A model generated the notes under the pieces. It was not told the origin of the DNA and ran no database searches. It saw only the letters and a list, made by a program, of their open reading frames with translations. Of a stretch of DNA of 64,000 bases, positions 1 through 9,688 are shown one piece after another. Numbering within the stretch: the stretch's first letter is position 1; the number at the start of each line of letters is the position of its first letter. The DNA is taken from assembly GCA_040772485.1 (NCBI GenBank), contig JAXGYC010000010.1:417475-481474 (forward strand). The letters are read 5' to 3'. The position numbers were made by a program, and so were the translations under genes. The stretch comes from Sedimentisphaerales bacterium. GTDB lineage: Bacteria; Planctomycetota; Phycisphaerae; Sedimentisphaerales; Anaerobacaceae.

Positions 1-1
1 C

Positions 2-202
2 GCCGCCGAGCGAGTAGTAGTGCCGGGCCACCGCGTGGGCCTGGAGCCCGGTCTCGACGGAGACCTCCGACCCTTTCGGATCGAGAATCCAGTACGCGTC
101 GAGACAGAAATCGCCGTAAACGGCGACGGTGACGTTCCTGATACGATCCTGAATCTCACGGATGCGCTGCTCGTTCATCCTGCCCCTCTCAGAGTCCCTT
201 GA
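2..202 (+). CDS. possible 3' end of a gene entering the window
   Basis: Frame open from the window edge to TGA at 202, converging on the next gene; no motif recognised. Confidence 0.3.
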   Translation, partial: AAERVVVPGHRVGLEPGLDGDLRPFRIENPVRVETEIAVNGDGDVPDTILNLTDALLVHPAPLRVP

Positions 203-1220
203 GAATCGCCCGATACAACAGCGGAAACGTCGCCCGCTGATCGCCCTGCACATACAACCCCCGGCCGCCAAAGGCATGCGGAATCCGCGTCACGACGCTC
301 TTCTGATCGCGGAAGTAGTAGCCCGGCGCCGCTTCGTCGGCCATCTGGCCAGGGTCGTGGCGGCGCAGGTCGAAGTCGGCCGTCAGTATGTCACGCGGCG
401 CCGCGCCGGCGTTGGCGGCCATCGAAACGGCCTTGAGCAGCACCTCCGGCCCGGTTACGGCGCTGCCGATGTTGAGCACGACGCCGCCTTCGGTCAGCTT
501 CGTGATCTCGTTGGTGTAGATCAGGAAATCGCGGCCGGAACAGCCGCCTTTCGCCTGTCCATCGAAGCTCGGGTGCTGGTCGATCACGTCGGTCCCGATC
601 CCGACGTGCACGGTGAAGGGAACCTCGTGGCGATAGCACGCCGCCAGGACGCTCGTCTCGGGATGAGTGAACTGCTTCGGAGACCCTTCCCGCGTCACGA
701 GAGCTAAAACCTGCTTGCGGAACACCTCGTCGCAGATCATCCGGCCGAGCGTCTCGCCGTAGCCCAGCTTCTGCTGGTTGCCCACGCTCAGCGCCATGTT
801 GATGTAGGCGAACTCGTAGGCCATGCCGAACTGCCCTTCGCCCAGAGCGGCCGGAACGTTCTCGCTGGTCTGTCCGATCAGGGCCAGCTCGAAATCGTGA
901 ATCGTCGTGGCCGCATTGCCCGCCACGAGCGTGACAAAGCGCCGCTCGACCAGATCGGCCAGCAGCGGGCCCAGACCGTTCTTGATCAGATGCGCGCCGG
1001 TGAAGAGAATGACCGGTTTCCTGGCCCGGCGGGCCGCGACGATGGCCTCGGCCACGGCGCGAATGTCACGCGCCGTCGGCTCGGGCACGTCGAGGTTCAG
1101 TGCGTCGAGCCCGCCCGGAAACACCAGATCGCCGAGCGTGACCTTGTTGCTGCGGCCTTCGAGCGGATACGTTGCGATCCGGCTCGAATCGAATGCCTTG
1201 TATCTGCCTTCGTACTCCAT
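189..1220 (-). CDS. deoxyhypusine synthase-like (DHS-like fold) protein
   Basis: 343 aa; GAHLIKNGL, TTIHDFELAL, VGIGTD, LNIGSAVTGPEVLLKA motifs; follows the epimerase gene. Confidence 0.65.
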   Translation of the reverse strand: MEYEGRYKAFDSSRIATYPLEGRSNKVTLGDLVFPGGLDALNLDVPEPTARDIRAVAEAIVAARRARKPVILFTGAHLIKNGLGPLLADLVERRFVTLVAGNAATTIHDFELALIGQTSENVPAALGEGQFGMAYEFAYINMALSVGNQQKLGYGETLGRMICDEVFRKQVLALVTREGSPKQFTHPETSVLAACYRHEVPFTVHVGIGTDVIDQHPSFDGQAKGGCSGRDFLIYTNEITKLTEGGVVLNIGSAVTGPEVLLKAVSMAANAGAAPRDILTADFDLRRHDPGQMADEAAPGYYFRDQKSVVTRIPHAFGGRGLYVQGDQRATFPLLYRAILKGL

Positions 1221-1232
1221 CGCGTCGTCCGC

Positions 1233-2510
1233 TCAGAGGCCCGCCTGCAGCTTCTCCAGGCGTTTGATGCACTCGATCATGCAGCGAATGGTGTGGTAGT
1301 TGACTTTCCACGAGTGGCTCATGTGCGTCCAGATGGGCTGGCCCTCGCGCGTGGTCAGCGGCCACCACTCGCCCACCGGGTGATGGATCATCTTGTCGAA
1401 GACGAAGCGATGGACGTTGACGTACGCCGGCCAGTAGACCTTCGGCCCGAACCGCAGGCAGCCCTCCAGCATGCCGATCATCACCTCGGCCTGCTGCCAG
1501 AACTCCTTCTCCATGTCGTAGACGCCGCCGGCGTGCGGTCCCTCGGTGTACACGCCGCCGAACTCGGGGTCGATGCCGTTCTTCCGGCCGTGGTCCATCG
1601 CCTTCTTGATGACCTTCTCGTAGTCATCCCAGCCGGAGCCGAGAACGTCGGTGGCGTGGGCCAGCAGCCAGGCGAACTCGACGTTGTGTCCCGCGGAGGT
1701 GTTGTCTTCGGCGTGGGCCTTCTTGCCGCCCTCGGCGAAGCGGTCCCAGCCCCAGACGATGTCGAACTTGATCTGCGGCGCGATCTTCCAGTCCGCCGTG
1801 AATTGCGGAATCCCGGTGGCGTACCTCGGGTGCAGGATGCGCTTGCGCAGCAGGTCGATGTCTTCGAGCAGGGTGCGGCGGTGGATGCTCTGCCCGGTGC
1901 ATTCGAGCATGTTCGTGAAGGCTTCCATCAGGTGCATGTGCACGTCGAGGGTCTTGCGGTCGCCCCCTTTGGGGCCGGGGCCGCACAGGTCCCAGTTGCG
2001 CTCGAACATCTCCCAGTACCCGCCGTACGTCGTCTCGGCGCAGTACTTCTTGACGAGGTCGAACGTTTTCTCCGCATACTCCCGGCCGCGCGGGTCGCCG
2101 GTGGCCATCGTGTATTCCGCGAGCCCGTACATGGCGAAGCTCAGGCCGTAGAGGATCTTCTTGTCGATCGTCACCTCGCCCTTGCGGTTGGTCGTCCAGT
2201 AGAACCCGCCGTACTGCTGGTCCCACATCTTGCCGATGACAAAATCGACGCCGTGTTTGGCGTACTCGGCGCAGCGGCCGCCGCCGTAGCCGGCGCGATG
2301 GGCCGCCGACATCGAGTAGATCGTCCGCATCTGGCCCAGCATCGACTTCTCATCGGTTCCGGCGTCTTTGCCGTCCTTGTCGAAATGCGTGATGAACCCG
2401 CCGTACCGGTCGTCCTTGCACCGATTCAGCCAGAACGGCAGCAGTTCCGTCGTGAAATGCTTCTTGCACTCGTCCAGACAGCCCGAGATTTGATCGCGGT
2501 CGATACGCAT
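1233..2510 (-). CDS. AGE family epimerase/isomerase (N-acylglucosamine/cellobiose 2-epimerase-like)
   Basis: 425 aa; LLPFW..D..YGGF, HMHLMEAF, GHNVEFAWLL, WQQAE, WKVNYH motifs. Confidence 0.9.
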   Translation of the reverse strand: MRIDRDQISGCLDECKKHFTTELLPFWLNRCKDDRYGGFITHFDKDGKDAGTDEKSMLGQMRTIYSMSAAHRAGYGGGRCAEYAKHGVDFVIGKMWDQQYGGFYWTTNRKGEVTIDKKILYGLSFAMYGLAEYTMATGDPRGREYAEKTFDLVKKYCAETTYGGYWEMFERNWDLCGPGPKGGDRKTLDVHMHLMEAFTNMLECTGQSIHRRTLLEDIDLLRKRILHPRYATGIPQFTADWKIAPQIKFDIVWGWDRFAEGGKKAHAEDNTSAGHNVEFAWLLAHATDVLGSGWDDYEKVIKKAMDHGRKNGIDPEFGGVYTEGPHAGGVYDMEKEFWQQAEVMIGMLEGCLRFGPKVYWPAYVNVHRFVFDKMIHHPVGEWWPLTTREGQPIWTHMSHSWKVNYHTIRCMIECIKRLEKLQAGL

Positions 2511-2675
2511 TGCTGAACCCTTTCACCCAGTCGCCCATAGCATCCATACCCGCACGCAATCCGGGCATTCTATGCCCCCCCGCCCCACCCGTCAACAACA
2601 CCTTCGACCACCGCCCGCCAAGGGCTGTGATTCGTGTTTGTAGGCGGATTCTCGCGGAGTCCAGCACCCGACTTT

Positions 2676-2812
2676 GTCATTCCGACCGGAGCAACGCCTT
2701 CAGCCCTGAGCGAAATCGAATGGGGCAGCGGATCCCGATGTACATCGGGATGGCTGCGAATGAGGTGCGTGCCCGGTCTCTGGCCAGATGTTTCGGCTTC
2801 GCTCAACATGAC
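2676..2812. repeat. GTCA-type REP/REPIN-like element
   Basis: GTCATTCCGACCGGAGC...CATGAC ends; related copies at 38766-38924 and 47558-47742; internal palindrome ATCCCGATGTACATCGGGAT. Confidence 0.7.
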
Positions 2813-2921
2813 AAGCGTGAGCCTGTCGTGGAACTCGCAAGCGAGCTTCCGTCCCCCGAATTCCTTTCTCCTCCACCCGCCCCGGCGTGCGTCCCCGAGT
2901 CGCGGCCACCCCGGCCGCGGG

Positions 2922-3347
2922 CTACGAGCCGTCGGCGTCACGCCTCTCTATCGCGCCGACGAACTGCTCCCAGATTCCCCCAATGTCATCGGCCAGCGGG
3001 CGCAATTGGGCGTCGTCAAGCATGAATCCGTAACCATGAATGAAGAAATGGCGGAAGGTCAGGTACTCATAGAGGCGGTCGGCCAGCGTTTCCGATATGA
3101 GCCCATGGTGAACGGAGGCTTCCAGCACGTCCTTGTGCCATGTCTCCGAGTGCGCGACGCGGATACCTTTGGCCTTCAGAATCTGGTTTAGGATGTTCTC
3201 GATCCCGTTGTAGATGTTGTGGAGAAACGTAGCCATAGCCGCCAGCTCGACAGGCGACCGAAGCTCCCTCGCCCTTGCCTCATCGAGATAACGAAGGGCT
3301 TGCTCTACGTTCTCCCTCTCAGCCGCAATCTTCCTGGTCAGATCCAC
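2922..3347 (-). CDS. HEPN (HepT-like) ribonuclease toxin
   Basis: FLHNIYNGIENI, WHKDVL, FRHFFIHGYG (RX4H) motifs; overlaps the upstream MNT gene. Confidence 0.85.
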   Translation of the reverse strand: MDLTRKIAAERENVEQALRYLDEARARELRSPVELAAMATFLHNIYNGIENILNQILKAKGIRVAHSETWHKDVLEASVHHGLISETLADRLYEYLTFRHFFIHGYGFMLDDAQLRPLADDIGGIWEQFVGAIERRDADGS

Positions 3348-3612
3348 GATAGATCCTCAATCCGCTCTCTTCGACGAGATCATTGAACAAAGACTTGCGG
3401 GATAAATCCACGAGGTCGACGGGCAGGGACAAATGCTTCACAAGGTCGCCATAGAACCGGAAGAACCGCGCCGGCTCGATCCCTTTGACCGCCAGATCCA
3501 CATCGTGGGGTGTCTGAGCGGGGTCCAGAGACGAACCGAACAGGACCACCTCATCGACCTGGTATTCCCGGGCATAGTGCAGAATGATCTGTCTCTGGGC
3601 CTCGGTTATCAT
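3319..3612 (-). CDS. minimal nucleotidyltransferase (MNT) antitoxin
   Basis: LFGS...DVDLAV...VDLVD; ATG at 3612; paired with HEPN. Confidence 0.85.
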   Translation of the reverse strand: MITEAQRQIILHYAREYQVDEVVLFGSSLDPAQTPHDVDLAVKGIEPARFFRFYGDLVKHLSLPVDLVDLSRKSLFNDLVEESGLRIYRGSDQEDCG

Positions 3613-3973
3613 CGCATCTCTTTCTGCCGGTAATAGGCACACAGCGCAAAGCAACCAACAACCATTTTATGGTGCAATGTCGTGAGCGTCAACAGACCAC
3701 CGAACGTAACGGTGTCTATTCAACCCCCCCGGCGTGCCCCCGTGGCGAGGGCGTCCCGCCCTTGCACCCCCCCTCCCCTTCACCACCCCCGCAACCCCAA
3801 CCGCCCCCCAGCAACCCTCACGCCACCAGAAGCCATCGCGAATTGAGGAAGCCGTCCGCGGAATTGCTCCCCGGAATTGCCCAACACTTCCAGGGCCTAC
3901 ACACTCGGCATCAGCGCCGTCCGCTGCATGCTGCTGTCAGGCGCCGTTCGAGCTACTGTCCCCCGATTCCTCA

Positions 3974-4798
3974 TCACATTTGTCGGAAGGGTATCTCCGA
4001 TATCGTCACTTGGTCGGCTCGAGGATCGGGTATCTCTCCATGCTTCGTCATCGCTGCGTGTAAGAGCCGTGCGACGTACGCCTTGGCCTCCTTTGGATGC
4101 CGGCACGGACCCACCGCGATCTTCACCCGCTTCCAGAGCGCCCGCTCAGTGAGAGTAAACCTCAAATACGGAACGACCAGACTCCCACGACAGCGAAACT
4201 CCGGGGTGGTTTCGCTGCCAAAACCTTCTAATACAGCCGAGATGAGTCGCCACTCTTCTTCACTCTTGAAAGCCTTGTGTTTGAATCGACAGGCAAACTC
4301 TGCCGCAAATATTTCGGCATATAGCTTTAAAGAGTATCTAGGTCCCCCATCCAGAGTCCTGATGAAGCGTCGGCACAGCTTCAGCTTGTCCTTCCGTTCA
4401 TACACACAACACTCCAAAGAAACTCCGTCTTGGCCAGCCGCGAATTCCTGGAGTTGGTCTGTGGGAAACCCGATGGCGTAGCCTCCATGCGGGCAATACG
4501 CCCGCCACTGGCTCAGGTCGTCGCCTTCTTTCGAGAACGAGCAAACGTACGTGGAGACGAACTTCCGAGGACCAAGCTCCTCCAGGCTCGCGATAAGTTG
4601 CTTCTTCAGGTTCGGGTCCAGCTTGGACTTCCGGGCATTCAGGCAATCGAACAGAAGGTCTCGGCCATGGTAGACCTCACTACTGTCGTTCAATGAGAAG
4701 ATATCACTGGCCCAGATCTCACGGTTCTCGACAATCCCCTTGAGTCCCTCGGCCGTCGTGTAGTGATACAGATAGTCCGGTGGTCTTTCGTCACTCAT
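3974..4798 (-). CDS. DUF2971 domain protein
   Basis: LYHYTT, LNDSSE, CSFS...DDLSQWRAY, KHKAFKSEEEWR motifs; lower GC. Confidence 0.8.
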   Translation of the reverse strand: MSDERPPDYLYHYTTAEGLKGIVENREIWASDIFSLNDSSEVYHGRDLLFDCLNARKSKLDPNLKKQLIASLEELGPRKFVSTYVCSFSKEGDDLSQWRAYCPHGGYAIGFPTDQLQEFAAGQDGVSLECCVYERKDKLKLCRRFIRTLDGGPRYSLKLYAEIFAAEFACRFKHKAFKSEEEWRLISAVLEGFGSETTPEFRCRGSLVVPYLRFTLTERALWKRVKIAVGPCRHPKEAKAYVARLLHAAMTKHGEIPDPRADQVTISEIPFRQM

Positions 4799-5037
4799 TC
4801 GGCTTTGCTTCTCACTTCCAAAGAAGTTCCGCTTCGCTTCTAAATGCCCGAGGCAGACAGTCTCGTAGGCTGTGCACCGCACACCACTCCCCTTTCTTCC
4901 CCTCGGAGTTCACGCACGCTTCCGAGCCCCGGAATCGTGGTTTTATCCCGAGGCGGCCGGGACCAAACAAACCAGCCAAAACGCGGACTGATCCACTCAG
5001 GCAAGGACGGCGGCGTACGGAGTACACCCAACGCACA

Positions 5038-5062
5038 CGCGTGGGTAGAGAACCCACCCTAC
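5038..5062 (-). repeat. GTAG REP-like palindrome
   Basis: GTAGGGTGGGTTCTCTACCCACGCG on the minus strand; sister copy at about 5761-5786. Confidence 0.7.
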
Positions 5063-5526
5063 GACTGCCCACCTAGTCCCAGCCAAGTTGTCAAATGCGG
5101 TCCCAAAACAACACCCAGGACAAAGACAATCATTCCAGCAACGAGATTAAGCCCAAGAGCAATGATCCTCTCCTTTCCCCGGTTTCTGCCGATAGTCGCC
5201 TCAATCTGTTGAATAATCACCTTTGCCTTGTCTTCTTCAACGGCCGCAAGTTGTGAGTACTTGTCATACTCTTCCTTGAGCTGCTTCAGCTTTTCAACCC
5301 GATTGTGCAGCCCCGCCTCCAATTCCCCAATTAGCTCAGATGTCTCAGCGAGAGAGGCCTGGGCTCTGTTGATCTTCTGATCCAGATCGGTTCGAGACCT
5401 ACCCAAGTCCCTGACCAAGTCGTACAGCTCCGGTCCGGGAAACAGTGGGAGCATTCGGAGCACGATGCGAGAGAGGTGGTCAAACATTCTGGGCACATCC
5501 ATACGCGTTTTAGCCTTTTCGGTCAT
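5059..5526 (-). CDS. coiled-coil protein with C-terminal transmembrane helix
   Basis: Heptad-rich middle and hydrophobic tail IIALGLNLVAGMIVFVLGVVLG; stop codon lies within a GTAG REP. Confidence 0.7.
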   Translation of the reverse strand: MTEKAKTRMDVPRMFDHLSRIVLRMLPLFPGPELYDLVRDLGRSRTDLDQKINRAQASLAETSELIGELEAGLHNRVEKLKQLKEEYDKYSQLAAVEEDKAKVIIQQIEATIGRNRGKERIIALGLNLVAGMIVFVLGVVLGPHLTTWLGLGGQS

Positions 5527-6036
5527 GCGCTTGCCTCGCAGTCTCTTCACGTGTGCCTCGCACACCGCTGCCTGTCTCCGCCCCGGAGTTCACGCACGCC
5601 TCCGGGCTTCGGGACCACTGCCATTCTACAGCGAACCGAGGCTCAAGAACAGGGAAAACGCGGGCGAGGACGGGCGTGAAGCGTCGTGCGTGAAGCGTGA
5701 AGCGTTGCGGCCGGAGGCCGCGTATCTCGCCTCTCGTCGTTCGTATCTCGGCAGACTTGCCGCGTGGGTTGAGAACCCACCGTACCGCCTGCCGGGCATG
5801 GCGGGCCAGGGGTTTGTCGAGCGGAAAACAGAAATATTTTGTTGCATTTTGTACTTGACGCAGATGCATGGTCGTAATACCATAGATAAGCCCGTCGGGC
5901 TTCTCGTGACGCGTCGTGCGTGAAGCGTGAAACGGACGCGACGTGGCGGTCCCGAAGAAGGACCGATTCACGAGACACGGGCCACGAGGCACGGGCCACG
6001 GGTCACGAGAGACGTGCGATACGGAAGGAGAAAACG

Positions 6037-6924
6037 ATGGCCAAGCGGAAAAAGCGGGACAAGGCCAAAGCCGAGGGCGCGCGGAGCAAGAGCCGGCAGG
6101 CTCGCCAGTGGAAGCCGCCGCAGGTGCCGCCGCCGGACAGCACTGTCTGGCCGCAGCAGTATCGCGGCAAGAACTGGAAGCCGGTCTACGCGATCCTGTT
6201 CGCGGGGCGGTGCCAGTTGTGCGCGTACTCCTGTCCCCAGTCGAAGTGGCGCCAGTTGCTGGACAAATTCCACGGCCAGTCCCGCCTGCTGCTGTGTACG
6301 AACCATCCGGACAGCCCCGGCGAGCTGCGCGAGGTCCTGCCCATCGAGACGTGCCGCAATTTCAAGCCGAAACGCTGGCGGAGATCCTGCCCCAACCCTC
6401 CGAAGCGCCGCGCCGCCGCGACAGTGGATGAGCATGACCCCGAGGTCCGCCGCATCCCGCTCGGGAAGGGGCTGTTCGCTATCGTCGATGCCGCCGACTA
6501 TGAGAAGGTCAGCCAGTATCACTGGTATGCCACAAACAACGGCGGCAAGAACGTCTATGCCGCCACCACCACCAAAGACGGCAAAACGGTCCACATGCAC
6601 CGGATGCTCATGAAGCCCCGCAAAGGCTGCGTGGTCGACCACATCGACGGCAACGGTCTGAACAACCGTCGCTGCAATCTGCGGGTGTGCACGCCCGCGC
6701 AGAACCTCGCCAACAGGGCGTCGCGCGGCGGCTCGTCCCAGTTCGTGGGCGTATACCGCAGGGGAGACAAATGGGGGGCGCATGTCACGCGTCGCGGGAA
6801 GTGCTACTACGTCGGGATTTTCGATGATGAAGTGGAGGCGGCCAAGGCGCGCGACCGCAAGGCGTACGAACTTCATGGCGAGTACGCCTATCTGAACTTC
6901 CCGGAGGAATTGCGCCGCTCGTAG
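6037..6924 (+). CDS. HNH endonuclease with C-terminal AP2 DNA-binding domain and Cys-rich N-terminus
   Basis: RBS AAGGAG; MHR..VDHIDGNGLNNRRCNLR (HNH); SSQFVGV..AAKARD...LHGEYAYLNFP (AP2). Confidence 0.85.
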   Translation: MAKRKKRDKAKAEGARSKSRQARQWKPPQVPPPDSTVWPQQYRGKNWKPVYAILFAGRCQLCAYSCPQSKWRQLLDKFHGQSRLLLCTNHPDSPGELREVLPIETCRNFKPKRWRRSCPNPPKRRAAATVDEHDPEVRRIPLGKGLFAIVDAADYEKVSQYHWYATNNGGKNVYAATTTKDGKTVHMHRMLMKPRKGCVVDHIDGNGLNNRRCNLRVCTPAQNLANRASRGGSSQFVGVYRRGDKWGAHVTRRGKCYYVGIFDDEVEAAKARDRKAYELHGEYAYLNFPEELRRS

Positions 6925-7003
6925 TGACGCCGCAAGGCGTTGGTTTGTAGTGGCGTCGTGAGACGCTGTTCTTGTCTCATGTGTGCCCTTACGGGCACAC
7001 TAC
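6921..7003. repeat. cluster of GTAG REP-like palindromes
   Basis: GTAGTGACGCCGCAAGGCGTT, GTAGTGGCGTCGTGAGACGCT and reverse GTAGTGTGCCCGTAAGGGCACA. Confidence 0.65.
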
Positions 7004-7026
7004 GGACGAGCACACTGCGAACGAGC

Positions 7027-8817
7027 TCAGCTTCTGGACTGGTCGAGGATGAGTTCCTTGACCTTCTGGCTGGGCAGGTTGAGCGCGCCGTAGGCAGCCG
7101 CTGCGGCGGCCCGCAGGTCGGGCTCGGTCTCGTCGGAAGCGGTCAGGCCGTAGATCTGATCGACCGTCGGATCGGGCAGAAGGTTGCCGTTGAGCTTGGC
7201 CGAATTCGCCAGGGACGCAAACGCATCGATCCGCACCGCCATGTCGTAGGCGTCGCTCAGCGTCATCTCGGCAATCGCCCGCTGGGCATCGGGGCTGTTG
7301 AGGTAGGCCAGCGTCTGCCCGGCGAGGACCTGGAGGTTCTGCTGCTCGGCCCGGGTCGCGCCGACCAGGGCCGCCTGGGCCAGGGAAAGGTCGATGACCG
7401 GATTGCGGCTGACGCCCACCTTCAGCAGGGCCTGGACGGCCCGCAGGGCGTAAGCCTGGGCCAGTTCGGCGGTCCACTCACCACTGATGGCGTCGGGGTT
7501 CAGGGCCAGCGCCTCGGCCAGGTTCTGGACGACCAGACGGCTCTCATTGAAGGGCTGCCGGGGTCCGGCGTTGGCAATGGCGATGGCGGCGGTGTAGCGC
7601 ACCGCCCGATCCGAGAAGGACAGGGCCTGGAGCATGGGCTGGGCGGGGCCGACGGTGTAGACCAGCGAGTTCTCTCCGGCGGTGGTCGCCAAGGCTTCGG
7701 CCGCACCGAGAGCGACCGCTGCGTTCTTGTCGTTGAGCCCGCGCAGCAGCGCCTGCTGGAGGTACTCGGGGCCCGCGGTCTTGGCGTAGGTCAGCGCCCC
7801 GGCGTGCTGGGCGCCGAAGTATTCCGGCATCGCCACGCCCGTCGCCTCCGCCTTGAAGAACGCCGCCAGCCACAGTCCGATCGACAGACCGAACTGATCG
7901 TCGGCCTTGAGCGACCATTCGCAGCAACGCATCGCCATCAGCTCGTTGAAGTACGCCCGGTCCACTTCCTCGCGGACCAGCCGATTGGCATCGGCATCCC
8001 AGAACCAGACATTGGCAAACGATGGGCCTTCCTGGGCGGCCAGTGACTCGTCGTGATAATAGTATTTCTCCGCCAGTTGGAAGAACATCGCGGCCGCCGG
8101 CGCGTTGCTCATCTGCGGATCGATCTTCTGGATGCTCTGGGCGGCGAGGCTGCGAAGCTCGCTCGAGGCGTCCTTTTCCACGACGTATTTCAGGTACGGC
8201 AGCGACTGAGGATAGCCGATCTGACCCAGCGCACGGATGACCTCCGCCTTGACCGCATCGTTGTTCATCTGAAGGGAAGCCGCCAGGGGACGAATCGCAT
8301 TGCGGCCGATCTGCGGAAGCGCTTCGAGGAGGTTGTCCAGTTCGCTGCGCCGCGAGGGGTCGGCAATCGCATCGAGCAGGAACGGAATCGCGTACTCGCC
8401 TGAGTTCTTCAGACGCGCGATCGCGTTGATCTTGCCGCGAATCGTGGTGCTGAGCCGCCTGATCTCGTCGACGATGACCTGGGGGTCGGACCGCAGCTCG
8501 AACCGCCCCTGCTCGATCACCGCCAGAAGCTGCCTGGCCACGGACGCCAGCTCCGCATCGTTCGAGGTGTCGACCACCTTCATCGCCAGCTCGTAGCCTT
8601 GCGGATTGGCCTGCGTCAGCTCCAGCAGCGCCACGGGGTCGGGGTTGCTCTGAAGGATGGCCTGGCCGTAACCCTTGGCCAGATCGAACCGCCCGATTTT
8701 AGTGAAATGGAGAAAGTCGTTCCAATCGTTGGCAAGCGTGCGCTGCTGCGACAGACCGCTCCCGACGACCAAACCTGCGAGACAAAGAACCACGGCAACG
8801 GTTCGTCCGTTCAACAT
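7027..8817 (-). CDS. exported HEAT-repeat protein
   Basis: 596 aa; signal peptide; helical repeats such as VKAEVIRALGQIG and VRYTAAIAIA. Confidence 0.75.
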   Translation of the reverse strand: MLNGRTVAVVLCLAGLVVGSGLSQQRTLANDWNDFLHFTKIGRFDLAKGYGQAILQSNPDPVALLELTQANPQGYELAMKVVDTSNDAELASVARQLLAVIEQGRFELRSDPQVIVDEIRRLSTTIRGKINAIARLKNSGEYAIPFLLDAIADPSRRSELDNLLEALPQIGRNAIRPLAASLQMNNDAVKAEVIRALGQIGYPQSLPYLKYVVEKDASSELRSLAAQSIQKIDPQMSNAPAAAMFFQLAEKYYYHDESLAAQEGPSFANVWFWDADANRLVREEVDRAYFNELMAMRCCEWSLKADDQFGLSIGLWLAAFFKAEATGVAMPEYFGAQHAGALTYAKTAGPEYLQQALLRGLNDKNAAVALGAAEALATTAGENSLVYTVGPAQPMLQALSFSDRAVRYTAAIAIANAGPRQPFNESRLVVQNLAEALALNPDAISGEWTAELAQAYALRAVQALLKVGVSRNPVIDLSLAQAALVGATRAEQQNLQVLAGQTLAYLNSPDAQRAIAEMTLSDAYDMAVRIDAFASLANSAKLNGNLLPDPTVDQIYGLTASDETEPDLRAAAAAAYGALNLPSQKVKELILDQSRS

Positions 8818-9688
8818 CGAGATGTCTCCAATACCCCTTGCGTCGCGTTATAGGACCGGTCCCGGCTGCGGAGAACGCGAAGAAGTATCATGAATACCCC
8901 TACCTCGCGGTCTCCCCAGTCGGGCGGTCCATCCCTTTCGAAGGCGGTTACGACCAACAAGCCGTCGTAGTAATCGGCCTTAACCACTTGATTCTAAAGC
9001 GAAATAGGCCCTCTGTCAACAAAAAACCCCTTTCCCAAACCCTCCATTTCCATCGCATTCCCAGGGCGGGCGACCCTGTTTTTCCCTATTCGGCTCAGGT
9101 TGCGGCCCCGATGCGGGTGGCGAGGCTGCAGGCCGTGCCGGCTCCGTCCCACCGAGTCCGGGAGCGATCAATCACCTGCGATCCGACCTCTTGCCCCACC
9201 CATACCACATCGCCTTCCGAGGCGCCGCCCGATTCGGCACACCCTGGCAAAGGGCTCTGCCCATAATATCTGGAGGGCAACCCGGGCCAGTCGACCGTCA
9301 AGATGGAGATTATAGGATATTTGCCTTGACTCCATATTGTCGGAAGTGATAAATTGGAGTCCCGAGCAGCCTGCGGCGATCCCGTCGGGAAGCGCCGGTG
9401 CTGGAGAAGTAGATGGCAGGTAAAGTCGCTGCAATACCCTGGAACGGTGCGTTTCACGTGTTTTTGGACGACCAATCCGATCGGAAGGCCGGGGTTGCGC
9501 TGAGAGAGAAAGGAAGGAGGTGGTCGAGCGGGCGGCGCCATGGTCTCTCCGGCGACGTGCAGCGATGCAAATCTACACGTAGAACCACAGCATACAGCAA
9601 TGGGAAGATTCCGGCGTGCCACCAGGGGGGGCGAGCGGGCGCGTTGCCCCGGCACGATGAAATTCTGTTCAGTTGAAGGAGGACCGTC

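Noticed and set aside
2640..5800. Classical integron
   Set aside because: No integrase and no convincing RYYYAAC...GTTRRRY attC boxes by eye.
9360..9680. Cobalamin or c-di-GMP riboswitch
   Set aside because: Core consensus elements could not be found in the right order.
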